DNA from: a virus
Taxonomy: Duplodnaviria; Caudoviricetes
Virus record (IMG/VR): IMGVR_UViG_3300048837_002337
Coordinates: 1 to 57,622 of that record
Length of the DNA stretch: 57,622 nt
Strand: one strand, 5' to 3'
Part shown: piece by piece, positions 54,782-57,622 of the stretch
Layout: every line of letters begins with the position of its first letter
Numbering within the stretch: the first letter of the stretch is position 1
Notes under the pieces: model-generated
Told to the model about the DNA's origin: nothing
Database searches by the model: none
The model's input: only the letters and a program-made list of their open reading frames with translations
Translations under genes and position numbers: made by a program

Positions 54782-54965
54782 GGCACCGAAGCGCCCCGCG
54801 CCGCCGCCGTCGATGACGCAGGCCTGCAGCGCGCCCCAGCGGCTTCCGGAGCGCGCCCTGAGCCAGTCGGAAGTGGAAACCCTCTGGGGCCGCGACCGTG
54901 GTGCCCTGCGCGCCTGCGGCGGGCGTCATGGGGCGTTAGCGGGCTGGGTGGTGCAGGTGCCGTAG
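54714..54965 (+). CDS. Rz1: o-spanin lipoprotein (overlapping type)
   Basis: LLTA-C lipobox, Pro-rich, two further Cys; GGAGG RBS. Confidence 0.85.
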   Translation: MRTLMLTASACLLTACGGSTFAEAPKRPAPPPSMTQACSAPQRLPERALSQSEVETLWGRDRGALRACGGRHGALAGWVVQVP

Positions 54966-54972
54966 AGGCACG

Positions 54973-55614
54973 TCACCCGTCCTTCCCTTCGCGGATGGCG
55001 GCGCGGTCCAGCCGCTCGATCTCGGCGAGGATCAGCGCGCCGGCCTTGACTAGCATCCGACGCAACGGGCCGTACTTTAGCCAGGACTTCGCCCATGTCC
55101 TTGGCCATAGGTATTCGATGGCTTGTCTGGACCAGACGCCAGAGCCCAGCAGGGCATAGCAGGCTGCGGCGGTTGCCAACTCGCCTATGTCGTGAGCGTC
55201 GTCGTGTTCAGGGGTCCACCCTTCTGCGCTGATCTGCCGTGCGCGTTCGGTCAACACATCACGCGCGGCGTCTGTAGCCACGGCCTGCGCCACATCGGGC
55301 GCGGCTGCCAGCGCGGCCTCGGCCTTCTCGGCGCGGGCCTCCGACTCCTTCACCCGCTCGACCAGTTCCGACACGAGGGAGCGGGATGCGGCGATGAAGC
55401 GGGCGTTGGCCACCAGATCAGGTGAACCTACACCCGGCGGATAATCATCATACACACACGCCCATCCTTCCGATTTGCTGGCATATGACGGTCGTGGAAA
55501 CGGCCCAACTCGATGGCACACACCGCACGACGTTCTGACCGTTTCCATCTGCCAAGGCCCCTCGGTCGTGCCTTCCATCGCCTCCTCGGCGCGCTTGATC
55601 AGGTCATCGGTCAT
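54973..55614 (-). CDS. Ead/Ea22-like composite phage protein
   Basis: TEGPW...NARFIAA module plus ERARQISAEGWTPEHDD...LVKAGALILAEIERLDR module. Confidence 0.8.
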   Translation of the reverse strand: MTDDLIKRAEEAMEGTTEGPWQMETVRTSCGVCHRVGPFPRPSYASKSEGWACVYDDYPPGVGSPDLVANARFIAASRSLVSELVERVKESEARAEKAEAALAAAPDVAQAVATDAARDVLTERARQISAEGWTPEHDDAHDIGELATAAACYALLGSGVWSRQAIEYLWPRTWAKSWLKYGPLRRMLVKAGALILAEIERLDRAAIREGKDG

Positions 55615-55871
55615 TTCAGGGCCTCATATGCTGCGAGGGCTCGCAGAAGCGGTTGCCTCACGCGAAATTCGAATACGTCAGGGCGCTTGGCCTGCGTCGG
55701 CAACTCGTCAAAAGCTCGAAAGGCTCGCAGCGCCTCCACCAGCGCCACCAGTTCCGGGGCGTCGCGGCGGATGTATGTCTCTACCGTTCCCTGCCCATTG
55801 ACGTGCCAGCCGCCAGCGTTGGTCTTCCCGTTCCAGAGCCAAGCCTTGATCCGTTCCGGCATGTCGCTCAT
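55611..55871 (-). CDS. Hypothetical protein, 86 aa (MSDMPERIKAW...)
   Basis: AGGAGG RBS; PERI.AW...YIRRD motif. Confidence 0.7.
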   Translation of the reverse strand: MSDMPERIKAWLWNGKTNAGGWHVNGQGTVETYIRRDAPELVALVEALRAFRAFDELPTQAKRPDVFEFRVRQPLLRALAAYEALK

Positions 55872-55893
55872 TCCGTCCTCCTGTTCAGGCGCT

Positions 55894-56082
55894 TCACTGT
55901 CTCGGTCCCTGATGGTCGCGAAGATTCTGCCCCATTTTGTCCACGAGCAGCGATCTGCTATGCCGATCAATCTGCGCTCGCTCGAACGGCGAGACGTAAT
56001 CGCCCCGACGGTCACGGCACCATTTGCACTGGCATCCGCCGCAGGTGCATTCGTTCTCCCAGCCGCAAAGCTCGCACAGCAT
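55894..56082 (-). CDS. Cys-rich small protein, 62 aa
   Basis: CELCG..ECTCGGCQCKWC; GAGGAGG RBS. Confidence 0.5.
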   Translation of the reverse strand: MLCELCGWENECTCGGCQCKWCRDRRGDYVSPFERAQIDRHSRSLLVDKMGQNLRDHQGPRQ

Positions 56083-56151
56083 CACCCTGTCCTCCTCATC
56101 TGAGCCTCTTGCAGCGCGTGGTCGCCCCACTGGATGGTCATGCCTCGGCCA

Positions 56152-57270
56152 TCATGCTTCACCCCCGAAAAGGTCCATCTGCATCGGCGCCGCAGTCTCC
56201 ATCGGTGGCGTCCAGATCCAAGGCCCGGAGGCCGTGGGAAGATGCGAGAGAGCGGAACGCATGGCCTGCTGCCAGAGGACAAACTCCGTTTCCGAGCAGT
56301 CGCAGAGCGCGTGACCTGGCGGCCAGCCCATGAGCCATTCGACGAAGATCTGGTTCAGCCGCCGCTTGTCCCGCGACTTCAACAGCCGCCGCCACGTCCC
56401 GCGCCCATGCGAGGCAATCACCGAGGCTCGTAGCTGGCGCCAGATACGGAGCAGTTGCGAGAGTGTCGGCCCATCCGGACCGGTCGCCGGGGCCGGGTGG
56501 GAAAAGCCCTGTTCCGCGGCGTAGTGCAGAATGTCCATGCGGGTCTTGCCATCCGCCCGCGTCACGCTGTCCGGTGACGATCTCTTGACGTTCTGCGCCG
56601 CTGGCGTCGGCCATTGCGCCGTCTGTGCCGGAAGCGGTATCCCGCCCGCCCCGAAGGTCTGGTTCGGCCCGCCCTTCTCCGCGTCCGATGCGCGGGGCGT
56701 TGACCATTGCATCGCCTGCCCCGATAGTTTCGGCTCCCCGCGGCTGTTGATCTTGCCCTTGGCACGATCCGGCGCGTCGTCCGACACTGGCGTTTGCCAC
56801 AGCCCCCGCGCCAATTCCTCCGCCTTCCGCGAGAAGTCCGAGTTGCCTGCCGCGCTGTTGCCGTTCTGTGCCGGCGTTCCGGCCATCGGCGTGGGCCACT
56901 TCTTCTCGGCCACAGTTGCTAGGCTGTCCGACTGCGCCGCCGTGTTGTGTGTCGCCCCTTGTGCATGATAATCCCGCGTTGCTGCGGTGGGCCACATCGC
57001 CGCCGCTGCGCCCAGACTCAGCCCGAAGCCGTTTCCCGTGTAGTGCTTGCCCTTGGCCAGCGTTTGCGACCTGACATCCTTTTGCCGCTCCTCTATCTCC
57101 TCCGCCGTCCACCCCTCGCGCGTGCTGAATGTCGTAGCGGTGGGCCACGATGAAGACCCGGAGCCGTTCATGCGGCGCGCCAACTTCAGACGCCGAGAAT
57201 AGGCCAGCCGCAGGCGTCCAGCCCATGTCCCATAAGTCTCGCAACACGGTTTCAAGGCCGAGGCTGACAT
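56152..57270 (-). CDS. Overprinted +1-frame beta chain of the C5-MTase (start uncertain; frame open from 57594)
   Basis: Six W[PQS]T repeats, RRLNQIFVEWLMGWP (motif IX-like) and C-terminal QMDLF. Confidence 0.75.
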   Translation of the reverse strand: MSASALKPCCETYGTWAGRLRLAYSRRLKLARRMNGSGSSSWPTATTFSTREGWTAEEIEERQKDVRSQTLAKGKHYTGNGFGLSLGAAAAMWPTAATRDYHAQGATHNTAAQSDSLATVAEKKWPTPMAGTPAQNGNSAAGNSDFSRKAEELARGLWQTPVSDDAPDRAKGKINSRGEPKLSGQAMQWSTPRASDAEKGGPNQTFGAGGIPLPAQTAQWPTPAAQNVKRSSPDSVTRADGKTRMDILHYAAEQGFSHPAPATGPDGPTLSQLLRIWRQLRASVIASHGRGTWRRLLKSRDKRRLNQIFVEWLMGWPPGHALCDCSETEFVLWQQAMRSALSHLPTASGPWIWTPPMETAAPMQMDLFGGEA

Positions 57271-57622
57271 GCCCGGCGACGTTTTCGAGGAAGACCCATT
57301 CCGGCTCGACTTCGCGGACGATGCGGGCAACGTCTGGCCAGAGGTGGCGTTCGTCGTCTGCCCCCTTCCGCTGTCCCGCGGCGCTGAAAGGCTGACAAGG
57401 GTATCCTGCGATGATGGTGTCGATCGCTCCCCGGAAAGGACGCCCGTCGAAGGTGGTGACATCATCCCAGATCGGGGCGGGAGCGAAGTATCCGGCGCGC
57501 TGGCCTGCGATGATGGACTGTCTGGGGTAGTCCTCCCATTCGACAAAGCAGCGGGTGTGGAATCCGGGTTCTGCGAGCATGAGGCCAAGATCAAGGCCAG
57601 CGCCTCCTGCGCAGAGGGATAG
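56159..57622 (-). CDS. C5-cytosine DNA methyltransferase, alpha chain (5' end beyond the window)
   Basis: Frame reads LSLCAGGAGLDLG (motif I) from 57622; GYPCQ (IV), LENV (VI), HERLR (VIII), LLGNGV (X); no motif IX in this frame. Confidence 0.93.
   Translation of the reverse strand, partial: LSLCAGGAGLDLGLMLAEPGFHTRCFVEWEDYPRQSIIAGQRAGYFAPAPIWDDVTTFDGRPFRGAIDTIIAGYPCQPFSAAGQRKGADDERHLWPDVARIVREVEPEWVFLENVAGHVSLGLETVLRDLWDMGWTPAAGLFSASEVGAPHERLRVFIVAHRYDIQHARGVDGGGDRGAAKGCQVANAGQGQALHGKRLRAESGRSGGDVAHRSNAGLSCTRGDTQHGGAVGQPSNCGREEVAHADGRNAGTERQQRGRQLGLLAEGGGIGAGAVANASVGRRAGSCQGQDQQPRGAETIGAGDAMVNAPRIGRGEGRAEPDLRGGRDTASGTDGAMADASGAERQEIVTGQRDAGGWQDPHGHSALRRGTGLFPPGPGDRSGWADTLATAPYLAPATSLGDCLAWARDVAAAVEVAGQAAAEPDLRRMAHGLAARSRALRLLGNGVCPLAAGHAFRSLASSHGLRALDLDATDGDCGADADGPFRG

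Larger units (their letters stand above)
1..57622. mobile_element. Temperate podovirus-like phage/prophage, near complete; att sites not identified
   Basis: Continuous integrase, immunity, replication, packaging, head, short-tail, ejection and lysis modules. No tape measure or sheath gene and no host housekeeping genes seen. Confidence 0.95.

Noticed and set aside
56152-57622. Interpreting the C5-MTase as a frameshifted pseudogene
   Set aside because: Both frames are open across the whole region and carry complementary motifs (X in one, IX in the other), which fits a two-chain enzyme better.
1-57622. Exact circular join of the window ends
   Set aside because: Joining places TGA in frame immediately before MTase motif I with no start codon, and no terminal repeat is seen, so some sequence is missing.
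1-57622. tRNA or rRNA genes; gene transfer agent cluster
   Set aside because: Intergenic gaps are short and none showed a cloverleaf or T-loop by eye (a covariance scan was not run). Integrase, repressor, replication genes and podovirus-type tail genes argue against a GTA.

Overview
This window is almost entirely one high-GC temperate phage (or prophage) genome of about 57.6 kb, with podovirus-like organisation. The host is most likely an alphaproteobacterium (Rhodobacteraceae-like); that is an inference from GC content and gene families. Left arm, minus strand: tyrosine integrase, excisionase, DEDDh exonuclease, RecT and small early genes. Immunity region: lipoprotein, CI (HTH + S24), Cro-like gene and five 17-bp operators. 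Rightward early and replication genes: DUF2303, VRR-NUC, adenine MTase, two initiator-like genes and a helicase loader. Morphogenesis: TerS, TerL, portal, scaffold, capsid, adaptor, nozzle, GNAT, two ejection proteins and a 4541-aa polyvalent DarB-like ejection protein. These are followed by fibre/esterase genes, a holin-endolysin-spanin cassette and a minus-strand block ending in a C5-cytosine MTase that runs off the window edge. Most interesting signals: (1) three small +1-frame genes, each with an RBS-like sequence, nested at domain boundaries inside the 13.6-kb polyvalent gene, where the host frame loses its GC3 bias; (2) a dual-frame EcoHK31I-type C5-MTase whose overprinted chain has six W-x-T repeats and a clamp-binding tail; (3) an Acb2/Tad1-like plus Tad2-like sponge cluster, with a divergent paralogue, between portal and scaffold; (4) a conserved late-promoter motif GTTTCGCCGCAC-N18-YATNGT. 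All family assignments come from motif recognition by eye; no searches were run.
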